Made by a program: the position numbers and the translations under genes
Shown: piece after piece, positions 42,040 to 51,581 of the stretch
Layout: each line of letters begins with the position of its first letter
Numbering within the stretch: the stretch's first letter is position 1
The notes under the pieces: model-generated
Told to the model about the DNA's origin: nothing
Databases searched by the model: none
The model's input: the letters and a program-made list of their open reading frames with translations, nothing else
From: an uncultured delta proteobacterium
Lineage (GTDB): Bacteria > Desulfobacterota > Binatia > UBA9968
DNA length: 64,000 bases
NCBI GenBank assembly: GCA_963727625.1
Contig: CAVSHR010000008.1
Span: 32,001 to 96,000 of the forward strand
Direction: 5' to 3'

Positions 42040-42891
42040 ATGATTCGTACCGTCGGTATCGTGGCTAAATATCAGGAAGCCAAAGCGGCTCAGATGGTTC
42101 GCTGGCTGGTTCCTTGGCTTAAGAAGCGCGGCAAAAAAGTCTGCGTGGAGAACGGCCTGGTGCGCAAGGGCGCCCAGTCGTGCAGTAAGAAAATGATGGT
42201 GGCCCAGGCCGATCTGATCATTTCTCTGGGCGGCGACGGCACGCTGCTAAACATCGCGCCGTTAGTAGAGCGCCCGGAGGTGCCTATTCTCGGTGTCAAT
42301 ATGGGCGGGCTGGGCTTTATCACCGAAGTTGCCGTGGATGAATTCGAATCGGTCTTGAGCAAAACCTTGGACGGCGACTTTGAGGTCGAGAAACGCATGA
42401 CCCTCGAAGTGCGAGTACGCGGCAAAAAGCGCCGGCTCCACAGATTTCGTGTTCTGAACGACGTCGTCATCGCCAAAGGCGCACGCAGCCGCATCATCGA
42501 CCTGGAAACCTACGTCGGCGACGATTATCTTTGCACCTACCGAGCCGACGGTCTGATCATCTCGACGCCGACCGGTTCGACCGCCTATTCTCTGGCAGCC
42601 GCGGGACCGATCCTTGAACCGACTCTCGGTGCCGTGGTGCTCGCGCCCATCTGCCCGCACACGCTCACCAACCGGCCGATCGTGGTGCCGAGCAACGCCG
42701 CCATTCGGGTTACCCTGCGCTCCTTTGGCGACACGGTGATCTTGATTCCCGACGGCCAGCAGGGAGTGCGGCTGAACAACGGCGATAAGGTGGAGGCCAG
42801 GGATTACGGATTGCCGGTCTCTCTGATCAAACTGCCGTCGCGCAGCTATTACGAAATCCTGAGGGAAAAACTCAAGTGGGGAGAGCGCTAA
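42040..42891 (+). CDS. nadK: NAD(+) kinase
   Basis: LGGDGT, GVNMGGLGF, LND, DGLIISTPTGSTAYSLAA and PICPH. Confidence 0.96.
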   Translation: MIRTVGIVAKYQEAKAAQMVRWLVPWLKKRGKKVCVENGLVRKGAQSCSKKMMVAQADLIISLGGDGTLLNIAPLVERPEVPILGVNMGGLGFITEVAVDEFESVLSKTLDGDFEVEKRMTLEVRVRGKKRRLHRFRVLNDVVIAKGARSRIIDLETYVGDDYLCTYRADGLIISTPTGSTAYSLAAAGPILEPTLGAVVLAPICPHTLTNRPIVVPSNAAIRVTLRSFGDTVILIPDGQQGVRLNNGDKVEARDYGLPVSLIKLPSRSYYEILREKLKWGER

Positions 42892-42903
42892 GCGAGCGGT
42901 TTT

Positions 42904-44598
42904 ATGCTACGCGAGCTCCGGATCAAGAATTTTGCCGTTATCGACGAGGTCGTGCTTGAGCTCAAATCCGGGCTGAATATTCTTACCGGTGAGACCGGCG
43001 CAGGCAAATCGATTATTCTCAACGCCCTCGGACTGATCGCCGGCGAACGCGGCGCTTCGGACATTATTCGAAACGGTGAAGACGAAGCGACGGTGGAGGC
43101 CCTTTTTGACTCCTCGCCCGCCGGAATCCAAGACATCCTCAGCGAAGCCGGGTTCCAAATCGACGACGAGCTGGTAGTCAAGCGAGTGCTCAGCCGCTCC
43201 GGGAAGAATCGCATCTATTTGAACGGCAGCCTCTGCCCGCTCGCCGTACTCGCCGCGGCCGGCGGCACTTTGGTACATATTTACGGCCAGCACGAGCAGA
43301 ACACCCTGCTGCAAGCGGAAACCCATTTGAATCTGCTCGATGCCTTTGCCGGCGTAGCAGCGGCGGCGAAGACAATGAAAGAGAGATACGGTGCTCTGGT
43401 CAAGGCTTGGGATGCGCTGCATGAAGCGCGCGAGTCGCTGGATGCGCGGCGCCGCGAGAAGGCGCTGTTCGAAACCCAGGCCGAAGAGATCGCCCAGGCG
43501 CGGCTACGAGTGGGCGAAGAGGAGGAAATCCGCGCCACCAAAGACATCTTGGCGCATAGCGAGAAGCTGCACCAGGGCTGCCGCGAGGGCGAGGAGCTGC
43601 TCTACGAAGGCGATGCCGCTCTGGTCAGCAGCCTGGGCAAGTATACCGTCCGGCTGCGTGAGCTGGCGACCATTGACAAGAACCTCAAGCCGACCGTCGA
43701 CCTGCTTGAGTCCTCGCTGGCGCAGTTGCAGGAGGCGGCCGCGCAGCTGCGCCGCTACGCCGAGCGCGTGCATTTCGATCCGCGTGCGCTGGAGCAAGTC
43801 GAAGACCGCCTAGACGAGATCCAGCGACTCAAGCGTAAATACAACGGAGGCATCGAAGATATTTTGCGCCAGCACGAAGCAATCACGGCGTCGCTGGATG
43901 GTCTGGAGCGGGGCGAGGAACAGATCGCCGGTTTGGAAAAGGCCTTCGCCGAAGCGCGCCAGGCGGCATGGGACAACGCGGAAAAAATTTCCCATGAGCG
44001 CCAGCGCGCAGCGATAAAGCTCAAGCGCGATATGGAGAGAGAAGTCAAAGCCCTCGGAATGCCGGAGACCCGATTTGAAGCACGCTTCCTCACACAAGAT
44101 GAAAGGGCCGATGAACCGCCGTTTTTTATCGCCGGCAAAAGACTCTCCGAGCGCGGTATGGATCAAGTCGAATTCTATTTCTCGCCGAACCCGGGCGAGC
44201 CGGTTAAGCCGCTGGCCAAAATCGCCTCGGGCGGCGAACTGTCGCGCCTGATGCTCGCGCTCAAAGCGCTGGTGCTGACGCCCGGAGTCGTTTCGACTCT
44301 ACTCTTCGACGAGGTCGATGCAGGCGTCGGTGGACGGGTGGCGGAGATCGTCGGGAAAAAATTAAAACAGGTGGCGGCGCACCACCAGGTCATCAGCGTG
44401 ACCCATTTGCCCCAGATCGCCGCTCTGGCCGAGAGCCACTATGTAGTCCAGAAAGCCGTGGAGAAGGGGCGCACGTTCACGCGCGTCAAACAGTTGTCCG
44501 AGCGCGAGCGCATCGCCGAGCTGGCTCGCATGCTGGGCGGCGTCAAAATCACCGAGCAAACCCGCAAACATGCCGAAGAGTTGGCGCGCGGGAAATAA
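42904..44598 (+). CDS. recN: DNA repair protein RecN
   Basis: TGETGAGKS, IYGQHE, coiled coil, ASGGELSR, FDEVDAGVGG and THLPQIA. Confidence 0.97.
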   Translation: MLRELRIKNFAVIDEVVLELKSGLNILTGETGAGKSIILNALGLIAGERGASDIIRNGEDEATVEALFDSSPAGIQDILSEAGFQIDDELVVKRVLSRSGKNRIYLNGSLCPLAVLAAAGGTLVHIYGQHEQNTLLQAETHLNLLDAFAGVAAAAKTMKERYGALVKAWDALHEARESLDARRREKALFETQAEEIAQARLRVGEEEEIRATKDILAHSEKLHQGCREGEELLYEGDAALVSSLGKYTVRLRELATIDKNLKPTVDLLESSLAQLQEAAAQLRRYAERVHFDPRALEQVEDRLDEIQRLKRKYNGGIEDILRQHEAITASLDGLERGEEQIAGLEKAFAEARQAAWDNAEKISHERQRAAIKLKRDMEREVKALGMPETRFEARFLTQDERADEPPFFIAGKRLSERGMDQVEFYFSPNPGEPVKPLAKIASGGELSRLMLALKALVLTPGVVSTLLFDEVDAGVGGRVAEIVGKKLKQVAAHHQVISVTHLPQIAALAESHYVVQKAVEKGRTFTRVKQLSERERIAELARMLGGVKITEQTRKHAEELARGK

Positions 44599-44707
44599 CC
44601 GGACTGAACAATGCGGACTGAGGGTTGAGTTTCCAGCGCGGAATTGACTTTTGCGGTGCTCTCTTTTACTTTTACCTCAGCAATCGTCACTCAGTCCTTC
44701 GGAGCGT

Positions 44708-44783
<76 letters not shown>

Positions 44784-44886
44784 ATTTACTTTCCAGCATA
44801 GTCCTAAGAAGTCCATTAACCCATTGTAGCTAAACAGTTTTTTCTGGTATAGTGTCCGGCATGGTCCGATGCCGTTCAGGTAAAGC

Positions 44887-44948
44887 TGCCCCCATATTGG
44901 GGGCAACTCTGGGGGCAACTGGGTGACCAGGAAAGTGAGTTGCCCCCA
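44887..44948. repeat. Integrase arm-type binding repeats
   Basis: TGGGGGCAACT at 44898-44908 and 44910-44920, with inverted copies at 44938-44948 and (shorter) 44887-44894, between tRNA and integrase. Confidence 0.75.
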
Positions 44949-44949
44949 T

Positions 44950-46183
44950 ATGCCGCTAACTGACACTGCTATTCGCTCTGCAAAGCCCCAAAGATAAAAC
45001 TTTTAAGCTTTTCGATAGCGGAGGGCTTTACCTTGAAGTAAACCCCGCCGGGGGCAAGTGGTGGCGCTGGAAGTACCGTTTTGCCGGCAAGGAGAAGCGG
45101 CTGTCGCTTGGGGTTTATCCGGATGTGAAATTGAAAGCGGCGCGGGAGAAGCGCGATGCTTCTCGCCAGCAGCTCGCCGCCGGCATCGATCCAGGCGAGG
45201 CGCGCAAGGCGGAAAAGCAGTCCCAGGCCGGTGCGGAGAGTTTCGAGGCGATCGCGCGCGAGTGGCATGGTAAGTTTTCGCCGAGCTGGGAAGCTAGTCA
45301 CAGCGAGCGCATCTTGCGGCGGCTCGAAAGGGATGTCTTTCCATGGATCGGCAAGCGGCCGATTGCCGAGATCAAAGCGGCCGAACTCTTGGCCATGCTG
45401 CGCCGGGTTGAGAGCCGGGGCGCGCTGGAGACCACCCACCGCGCCAAGCAGAACTGCGGGCAGGTGTTTCGCTACGCTGTGGCGACCGGCAGGGCCGAGC
45501 GCGATCCGACGGGCGATCTGCGCGGCGCCTTGCCCTTACCGCAGGAAAAGCACCATGCCTCGATCATCGAGCCGAAGCGCGTCGGCGCACTGCTGCGCGC
45601 GATCGACGGCTATGAAGGATTCTTTGCCACGAAGTGCGCGCTACGGCTCGCGCCGTTGGTGTTCGTGCGGCCTGGAGAATTGCGCAGGGGACAGTGGCAG
45701 GAGATCGATCTTGAGAAGGGCGAGTGGCGTATCCCTGCCGAGCGCATGAAGATGCGCGAGCAACATATCGTCCCGCTGTCGCGCCAAGCCGTCGAAATCT
45801 TGCGTGAGCTGGAGCCTCTGACGAACCGCTCGATTCCATCGAGGCCCGGCGCTCCATGTTATGTTTTCCCGAGCGCGCGAACGCGGGAGCGGCCTATGAG
45901 TGAAAATGCTGTCCTGGCAGCGTTGCGGCGTATGGGTTACACGAAGGAAGAAATGACCGGTCATGGATTCCGCAGCATGGCATCCACCTTGTTGCACGAA
46001 CAAGGCTGGAACCATCAAGCGATCGAGCGCCAGCTTGCCCATGCCGAGCGCAACGCCGTAAGCGCGGCCTACAATTTCGCCGAGCACCTGCCGGAACGGC
46101 GCAAGATGATGCAAGCTTGGGCGGATTATTTGGACAGTCTAAAAGCCGGTGCGGGGGTGATTTCGCTGTTCAAGAAGGCGTAG
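44950..46183 (+). CDS. P4-like tyrosine integrase with an apparent frameshift near codon 13
   Basis: MPLTDTAIRSAKP then (other frame) KDKTFKLFDSGGLYLEV...KWWRWKYRF arm-binding domain; catalytic VRPGE, MKMR..H, HGFR, QLAH and AAYN. Confidence 0.9.
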
Positions 46184-46185
46184 GC

Positions 46186-46212
46186 ACCCTCGACCTCTTG
46201 AATGCCATTCAA
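46186..46212 (-). repeat. 27-bp inverted copy of the tRNA-Ala anticodon-to-T-stem segment
   Basis: Reverse complement equals 44735-44761 (TTGAATGGCATTCAAGAGGTCGAGGGT). Confidence 0.9.
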
Positions 46213-46259
46213 AAATCAATCGTGACTAGATCCTAAAACAACCAGCAAAGCCCAACAAT

Positions 46260-46310
46260 AACAAGCCCCAGGCGCTGCCTTACACGGCGGTTCTTGGGGC
46301 TTGTTGTTTC
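46260..46310 (+). terminator. Hairpin, possible bidirectional terminator after the integrase
   Basis: AACAAGCCCCAGG (46260-46272) pairs with CTTGGGGCTTGTT (46293-46305), followed by GTTT. Confidence 0.5.
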
Positions 46311-46400
46311 TGGTATGCGGACAAAAAGCGGACAGAGGTCGCAAACAAAAGGTCGGCGATTAACGGATCACAGTTTGCTGTATGACTTGCGCGATTGAAA

Positions 46401-46469
46401 GTAGACGCGCCGGACTCAAAATCCGGTAGGGGAAACCCTGTGCGGGTTCAAGTCCCGCCTCCGGCACCA
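46401..46469 (+). pseudogene. 5'-truncated tRNA-Leu(CAA), att-like remnant
   Basis: GTAGACGCG-CCGGA-CTCAAAA-TCCGG, long variable arm, GGTTCAAGTCC, ...CCGGCACCA; 5' acceptor strand and most of the D arm absent; preceded by GCGGACA direct repeats (46317, 46328). Confidence 0.85.
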
Positions 46470-46636
46470 CTTGATCCTTAGGGGTCACTGGTGACTAGAC
46501 CGAATCGAAAAAATTTTTCCTCACTTTTTGTTTGTTGCTCACCAATTGATTTGGCCGGATTAAGCTGCGGGGCGTGCGTTGCGCCTGCAACGCCGTTGCC
46601 GCTGGGAAATATGACCTGAAGTGACTTTTTCTACAC

Positions 46637-46706
46637 CCTCAACGTTCGACAAGAATGCTCTGACTCGGTGTGCCTGGGCAGGTCAGCTTGATGGAGAGGT
46701 TAGTCC
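46637..46706 (-). repeat. Degenerate integron attC-like site downstream of the cupin gene
   Basis: Minus strand GGACTAAC-ctctccatcAAGCTGacctgccc...tgtcgaac-GTTGAGG; near-complementary GTTAGCCC lies just upstream of the cupin RBS (47240-47247). Confidence 0.45.
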
Positions 46707-46733
46707 TTTTTGTTACATCACCTGCCCAAACGA

Positions 46734-47213
46734 TTAGTACGGGGAGCCATCCCTGTGCAAAAACTTCCACTTCCCATCAACCATCACCGCCTTGAGGTCA
46801 TCATCAGGGTAGCTGCCTTCATCGCCAGGCGTTCTGTCTCCCACTTCAAGGTAGGTAACCGCTTCCTCGGTTTCGTTGATCAATCGGTGGCCGTTGCCAG
46901 TGCCCGCCTTGAACCCAGCACACATGCCCGGCGAGAGTCTCGTTCGACCTTCGTCAGTTTGAAGAGTTGGGTGCCCCTGCAAGATGTAGACAAACTCGTC
47001 TTGCTTGGTGTGAGCGTGGCGCAGCGCCGACGCCGCCCTCGGAGCAAGCCAGGTCAGATTCACCCCGAAGTTGGTGAGACCAAACAAGTCACCCAACGGC
47101 TGCTTTTGCCTGCCTGCCATTCGGGATGCGAAGGGCTCGGGGTAGGTTGACACCTTCGTTTTTCGCGGCGCTTTATCTGCGATGACAGTAACAGGGAATG
47201 CTGGATTTGCCAT
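46734..47213 (-). CDS. Cupin domain protein
   Basis: LGDLFGLTNFGVN, RHAHTKQDEFVYIL, GFKAG.GNGHRL and YPDDDL; AAGGAG RBS before ATG 47213. Confidence 0.9.
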   Translation of the reverse strand: MANPAFPVTVIADKAPRKTKVSTYPEPFASRMAGRQKQPLGDLFGLTNFGVNLTWLAPRAASALRHAHTKQDEFVYILQGHPTLQTDEGRTRLSPGMCAGFKAGTGNGHRLINETEEAVTYLEVGDRTPGDEGSYPDDDLKAVMVDGKWKFLHRDGSPY

Positions 47214-47522
47214 GCGTTGCTCCTTGTCGACGCCTATAAGGGCTAACTCGGGAGTACAGTGACGAGTATATTGCCGATTGCAAAACATCCCAGCGAGATA
47301 GGAGTTGTCAATCGATTTTCGTCGGCCTTTATTTCAACATAGCTGCAACGCACATCTCCCCCAAGAAATTGAATTGATCGACGCAATGAATCGAACTAGC
47401 AGAATTAATTCGTCGGAGAAAAAATTCAATTACACAATTACGCTCGCGGCGGTGAGCGGCCGCAGCAAGTTAGTCTGAGCCAGATGGTCCTATCAAAAGT
47501 TTTGTTGTGCCGCCTTTCCCGC

Positions 47523-47918
47523 CTACTTCGTCCATGCCACATTCTCAATCACGACGCGATATCCGTCGAGATCTTCAAATGTCTTGCCATGAGCATCCCA
47601 ATAGGGATTGTAGGACCGCACGCTTCAAAACCCAGCGGCAAGCATGCGATCACAGGCATGCTCCCATTCATTCTTGTCCGCGATGTAAAACACCAACAAA
47701 TGATCCATTGCTGGCGCCGTGCCGATGTGGTGCCCCCGTTGCGACATGAATTCCAGATGGTAGGGGTGCTGCGGATGTCCGAGAATCACCCCGTCGAAGC
47801 CTTCATGATTCACAAACTCGGCGAGACTGCTCACGCCGAGGCCCTGTTCGTACATGCCGGCAATTGCGGACACCTTGTCCGTTGTGCGAGCGACACGCAT
47901 AATATGTACAGGATTCAT
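47523..47918 (-). pseudogene. VOC/glyoxalase (YycE-like) protein with one in-frame TGA
   Basis: RVAR.T, HEGFDGVILG, YHLEF, LLVFY, TGA at 47625-47627, then in-frame SYNPYWD..G.TFEDLDGYRVV to TAG. Confidence 0.85.
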
Positions 47919-47970
47919 AGTTCGCACCTCCTCGTAGCGGCATTACTTTTATTGCCGCGCACGTCCCACG

Positions 47971-49221
47971 CTATGCGTCACCTGCACGCACGACCACACG
48001 CCCGGTCATATACGGGTGCACCGAGCAGTGGTAATCATAGATGCCAGGCCGATCAAACTGACGGTGAAAACTTGCTCCCGGCAGCAACAAGTCTGTTCCC
48101 TTTGCACCGTCCTCGTACTCAAGCCCATGCGGTGCGCCGTCGTCATTGATCCAGGTGACGCGTTCCCCCGGAGCTATCGTGACCTGCGATGGCGTGAATG
48201 CAAAGTTAATGATCGATACCTTAGCGCCGCTGCTCGCCATTTTCGTCGCGGTGCCTTGGACAACAACCTTACGCGGCGCATTGCCCACTGCGATTGTTTT
48301 CGTCTGACCGGTAAGGAGATTGATGATGCTCAGATCGTTCGAGCCCTCATTGGTCACATACGCTTTCTTGCCATCACCGGAGGCGGTCGCCCAGTGCGGT
48401 TGTTTGCCTACCGCGACGCTGCGCACCGGCTTGTTGGTCGCCGGGTCGAACAATAGCAGCTCGCCCGACCCTTGCACGACGATTAGGCCGAACGCCGAGC
48501 CGCTCGGGTAACCAACGTAATGGGGCGATACGCCCGTTGGAATCTCTGCGATGATCTTTTGCGACGCTGGATCCAGAACCTGGACTGAGCTAACTCCGGC
48601 TTGCGTAAAGTAGAACCGCTTTCCATCGTAACTAAATTCCCCGTCGCGGGGCGTCTTCTCAACCGCCACGGTGCTAACAACCGTGCGCTTTGCCAGGTCG
48701 ATGCGGGCGAGCCCATAGTGCCCTGGTTCCTGCACCGTGACGTACGCGAACTTGCCGTCGGGACTGATCGCAACCGTATGAGGTTTAGGGAGGGACATTG
48801 TAGCAACCACTGTTAGTGTGGAAGTATCAATGAAGTCTATGCGGTTGTCGCCGTTAACCGTGACCACCAGCAGCCGGTTGTCAGGCGTGAGCGCCACTCC
48901 GTTCGGCGCCTTGCCAACATCGATCGTCTTAACCACTTTGTCGGTCGCCGTGTCGATCACGTCAAGCGACGAAGAGCCGTCGCCGCTGACATATACCTTG
49001 CGACCGTCCTGCGTTATCGCCATGCCATGCGGACCCGCGGAAACCGGGACGGTCGTAACCACGGCCCCCGCCTCTATATCGATTACGCTCACCGTGTTGT
49101 CTTTGAAATTGCTGACATAGGCCTTCGGCCCTGCAGCGAGAGCGGCAGTTGCCACCAAGGTAGTCAAAATAGCCGCAACATATGAGAGCCGGCCCAGCCG
49201 GTATTGAAATATTGGAAACAT
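47971..49221 (-). CDS. Exported YVTN/YncE beta-propeller fused to a C-terminal cupredoxin
   Basis: Signal peptide, repeated AYVSN/VYVS/AYVT/YVTN blades; FAFTP...PH...YHCSVHPYMTG type-1 copper motif. Confidence 0.9.
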   Translation of the reverse strand: MFPIFQYRLGRLSYVAAILTTLVATAALAAGPKAYVSNFKDNTVSVIDIEAGAVVTTVPVSAGPHGMAITQDGRKVYVSGDGSSSLDVIDTATDKVVKTIDVGKAPNGVALTPDNRLLVVTVNGDNRIDFIDTSTLTVVATMSLPKPHTVAISPDGKFAYVTVQEPGHYGLARIDLAKRTVVSTVAVEKTPRDGEFSYDGKRFYFTQAGVSSVQVLDPASQKIIAEIPTGVSPHYVGYPSGSAFGLIVVQGSGELLLFDPATNKPVRSVAVGKQPHWATASGDGKKAYVTNEGSNDLSIINLLTGQTKTIAVGNAPRKVVVQGTATKMASSGAKVSIINFAFTPSQVTIAPGERVTWINDDGAPHGLEYEDGAKGTDLLLPGASFHRQFDRPGIYDYHCSVHPYMTGRVVVRAGDA

Positions 49222-49278
49222 GGGAACCTCCTTATTGCGTTAAAGTAATAACTGCGCACCGCGATTGCTTTACCGCGT

Positions 49279-49305
49279 ATACCACGCACCGGCTGCTTTT
49301 ATTCC
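49279..49305 (-). promoter_or_regulatory. Putative ECF-sigma promoter of the YVTN-cupredoxin gene
   Basis: GGAAT-N18-GTAT. Confidence 0.65.
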
Positions 49306-49591
49306 CGGCCACGATGTTGTCAGCAACAAATGCGGAGCTAGCAACGAGTCGAGGCGGAACGTCGGTTCCGTTGCAATGAAGTTTTGAGTATTATCGGCGG
49401 GACATATTCATGACTGATCCAAAAACAAGCATGGTTCAAAAACTTACGCCATGAAATGACTTTGGGGACGTCTGCAAACTCACGCGCACTTCATTTTGCC
49501 TGATCTCAAGTTCGCAGGATTATGTTGATGGAGCATTCAACTCAATGTGAAATTGAGTCATTCCGAACAAAGAACAATTTGACGATGATCT

Positions 49592-50359
49592 TTATGATAG
49601 GGCTGACAACTGTGCTTTCAGTATTTGGGTGAATTTTTCAAGCTGGCTTTTTTCGAGATCAGACACAACCCAAAAAGTCATGCGCAATTGGTTCCAGTTA
49701 AAAATATTGTATCCCCGACGTGTGACCGCAGTATCGCCATCTACACTTTCGCCTGATGGCCAAATAAATACATTAATGAGGTGTTTATCGCGTTGGTAAA
49801 CCAGCGCAGCGACCGGTCTGTTGTTGAGATAATCAAGGCGTCCGCCCACTAATGGAAATCCCTGGGCAGCCAGATTCGCCACTGGCGGTGAAAAATCTAA
49901 CTTGCCATTGAACCACGGCTTAACCGTGTGTTGATCCGATGAAGGAACGTCGGTTAAATGGTTGGCCATTAGGGAACGAGCATGGCTGGAGATCACTTCC
50001 TGGGCCAGGGTTCCCTCGGGAGAAGGTCCGCGGAAAAACGGGACCAGAGTCAAAATTACAAGCGCAGCGGCGGCTATGGGACTTGCGACTCGGGCCCACG
50101 ACCAAAGCGATTTCCGAAGCGACGGATCGTCCTTGGCGGCCCGCTGTAAAGCGCGCTGAATGCGCTTCTGGAGATCCGGCGGCGCATTGAAATAGACCGA
50201 GTTCATCCTTAGCCCATCGCGAATGACTTGGCGGTTTTTATAGCGCTCCGAGCAAGGGGCACACGCATGAAGATGATCTTCGACCTCCAAGTTGCGCATC
50301 AAATCCATTTCTCCGTCGATGTATGCGTCGATTAGGGTTTGTGCGTTTGTACAGTCCAC
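49592..50359 (-). CDS. Zinc-binding transmembrane anti-sigma factor
   Basis: HLHACAPC (HxxxCxxC), one TM, SSDQHTVKPWFNGKLDFSPPV and LVGGRLDY. Confidence 0.9.
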   Translation of the reverse strand: MDCTNAQTLIDAYIDGEMDLMRNLEVEDHLHACAPCSERYKNRQVIRDGLRMNSVYFNAPPDLQKRIQRALQRAAKDDPSLRKSLWSWARVASPIAAAALVILTLVPFFRGPSPEGTLAQEVISSHARSLMANHLTDVPSSDQHTVKPWFNGKLDFSPPVANLAAQGFPLVGGRLDYLNNRPVAALVYQRDKHLINVFIWPSGESVDGDTAVTRRGYNIFNWNQLRMTFWVVSDLEKSQLEKFTQILKAQLSALS

Positions 50360-50360
50360 C

Positions 50361-50891
50361 TTAGGGCTTCTCCTTAAGCCGAGCGCACAAAATTCGCTTG
50401 AGCCGAGCTCGCGCACGCGCCAGTCGCGACATGACTGTACCCAAAGGAACTTTGGTCATTTCCGCTATTTGCTTATAAGAGAATTCTTCCAGATCACGCA
50501 AGACTATTATCTCCCGAAAGTCAGCCGGTAATTGCTCCAGCGATTCTTTGAGCATCTCCACGTCGCGGCTCTTAAGCACCAACGCCGCGGGATTCAATGT
50601 GTCATCCTCGGCCGTTTGTATTTCCTCATCCAACTCGGTCGTACTATTGTACCCACGATTTTGTTGCAGCCAAGTGTAACAAGTGTTGCGCACGATGGTG
50701 AGTAACCAGGCGCGAGCGTCCGTCCCGCGAAAACCGTCGAAGAATTTAAACGCGCGCAAGTATGCCTCTTGCACCATATCCTCTGCATCGTGCTCATTGC
50801 GCGTCAACCAGCGAGCTAAGTTGTATGCAGTATTCATATAAGGCAAGACGGTTTGCTCAAAACGCGCCAGTTTATCTTTATCTTTCCACAA
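50361..50891 (-). CDS. ECF RNA polymerase sigma factor
   Basis: AYNLARWL, DAEDMVQEA, WLLTIVRN and SYKQIAE...GTVMSRLARAR; true start may be GTG at 50889 if one A is a sequencing indel. Confidence 0.93.
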   Translation of the reverse strand: MWKDKDKLARFEQTVLPYMNTAYNLARWLTRNEHDAEDMVQEAYLRAFKFFDGFRGTDARAWLLTIVRNTCYTWLQQNRGYNSTTELDEEIQTAEDDTLNPAALVLKSRDVEMLKESLEQLPADFREIIVLRDLEEFSYKQIAEMTKVPLGTVMSRLARARARLKRILCARLKEKP

Positions 50892-50894
50892 TTA

Positions 50895-50921
50895 AGACTC
50901 GCCCTCCCTCCTTTTTATTCC
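50895..50921 (-). promoter_or_regulatory. Putative autoregulatory ECF promoter (leaderless transcript)
   Basis: GGAAT-N18-GTCT a few nt before the sigma start. Confidence 0.7.
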
Positions 50922-51083
50922 TGGGGAACCCGAGAAAAACGGATACGGCTTATTGCTTGGGCATTGGTCGGCGCGGAGTGTATTAGGCACTGTGAGAAAA
51001 GTCAATGAAGGTGAAATCGGTTTCTAATGAATTGTTCCGCAAATGCCCCGCGAAGGGACGTTTTCAGAAAAGTTTTCATCGCG

Positions 51084-51110
51084 GGAATATTTTCGGGTGC
51101 TTCTTTGTCA
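51084..51110 (+). promoter_or_regulatory. Putative ECF promoter facing the MFS gene
   Basis: GGAAT-N18-GTCA. Confidence 0.55.
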
Positions 51111-51581
51111 ACGGAGCATATACAACGAATTGATCGCGATCGAGGTGGTTAGGATGAAGAACAGGAGATAGTCGTTGCAGATGCGTTTCTACGGAGAGTT
51201 ATTGGTTTGGTAGGCCCGTCTGCGCGTGGTCATGACGGAGCAGTGATCTCTAAAGAAGGCTTAAAAGATGGGAGTCTCTGCCAAATTCAATTCCTGGCAT
51301 TGCACGAAGTTACTCTGATCGAGCCTGTTGCAATGCTAAACCCAAACCATGACATCGACTCTTCGTTTCCTGCTCCGCCGAGCCGCGGGCAAGAACAAGA
51401 TACAGACCGAAAGAATCGAGGCAGAGCATAGGAGTGCCTCGGATTGCAAGGAATAAATTCATGTTGTGAGAGACCTGGGAGAAGGCGCGAGTTCTTTTCC
51501 AAATCGTCGCGCCGCGCCTATGACAAGATTGTTACCTCTCAAACGAAACCAATACGCCTCACTCGATAGAGGAACTCGACA

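Noticed and set aside
46380-46469. Functional tRNA-Leu(CAA)
   Set aside because: No 5' strand able to pair with TCCGGC and no complete D arm; treated as a remnant
47625-47627. Selenocysteine recoding of the VOC TGA
   Set aside because: Context is not a Cys/redox motif and no convincing SECIS hairpin follows
51450-51476. Fourth ECF promoter (GGAATAAA) before the MFS gene
   Set aside because: The position 18 nt downstream reads ACCT, not GT..
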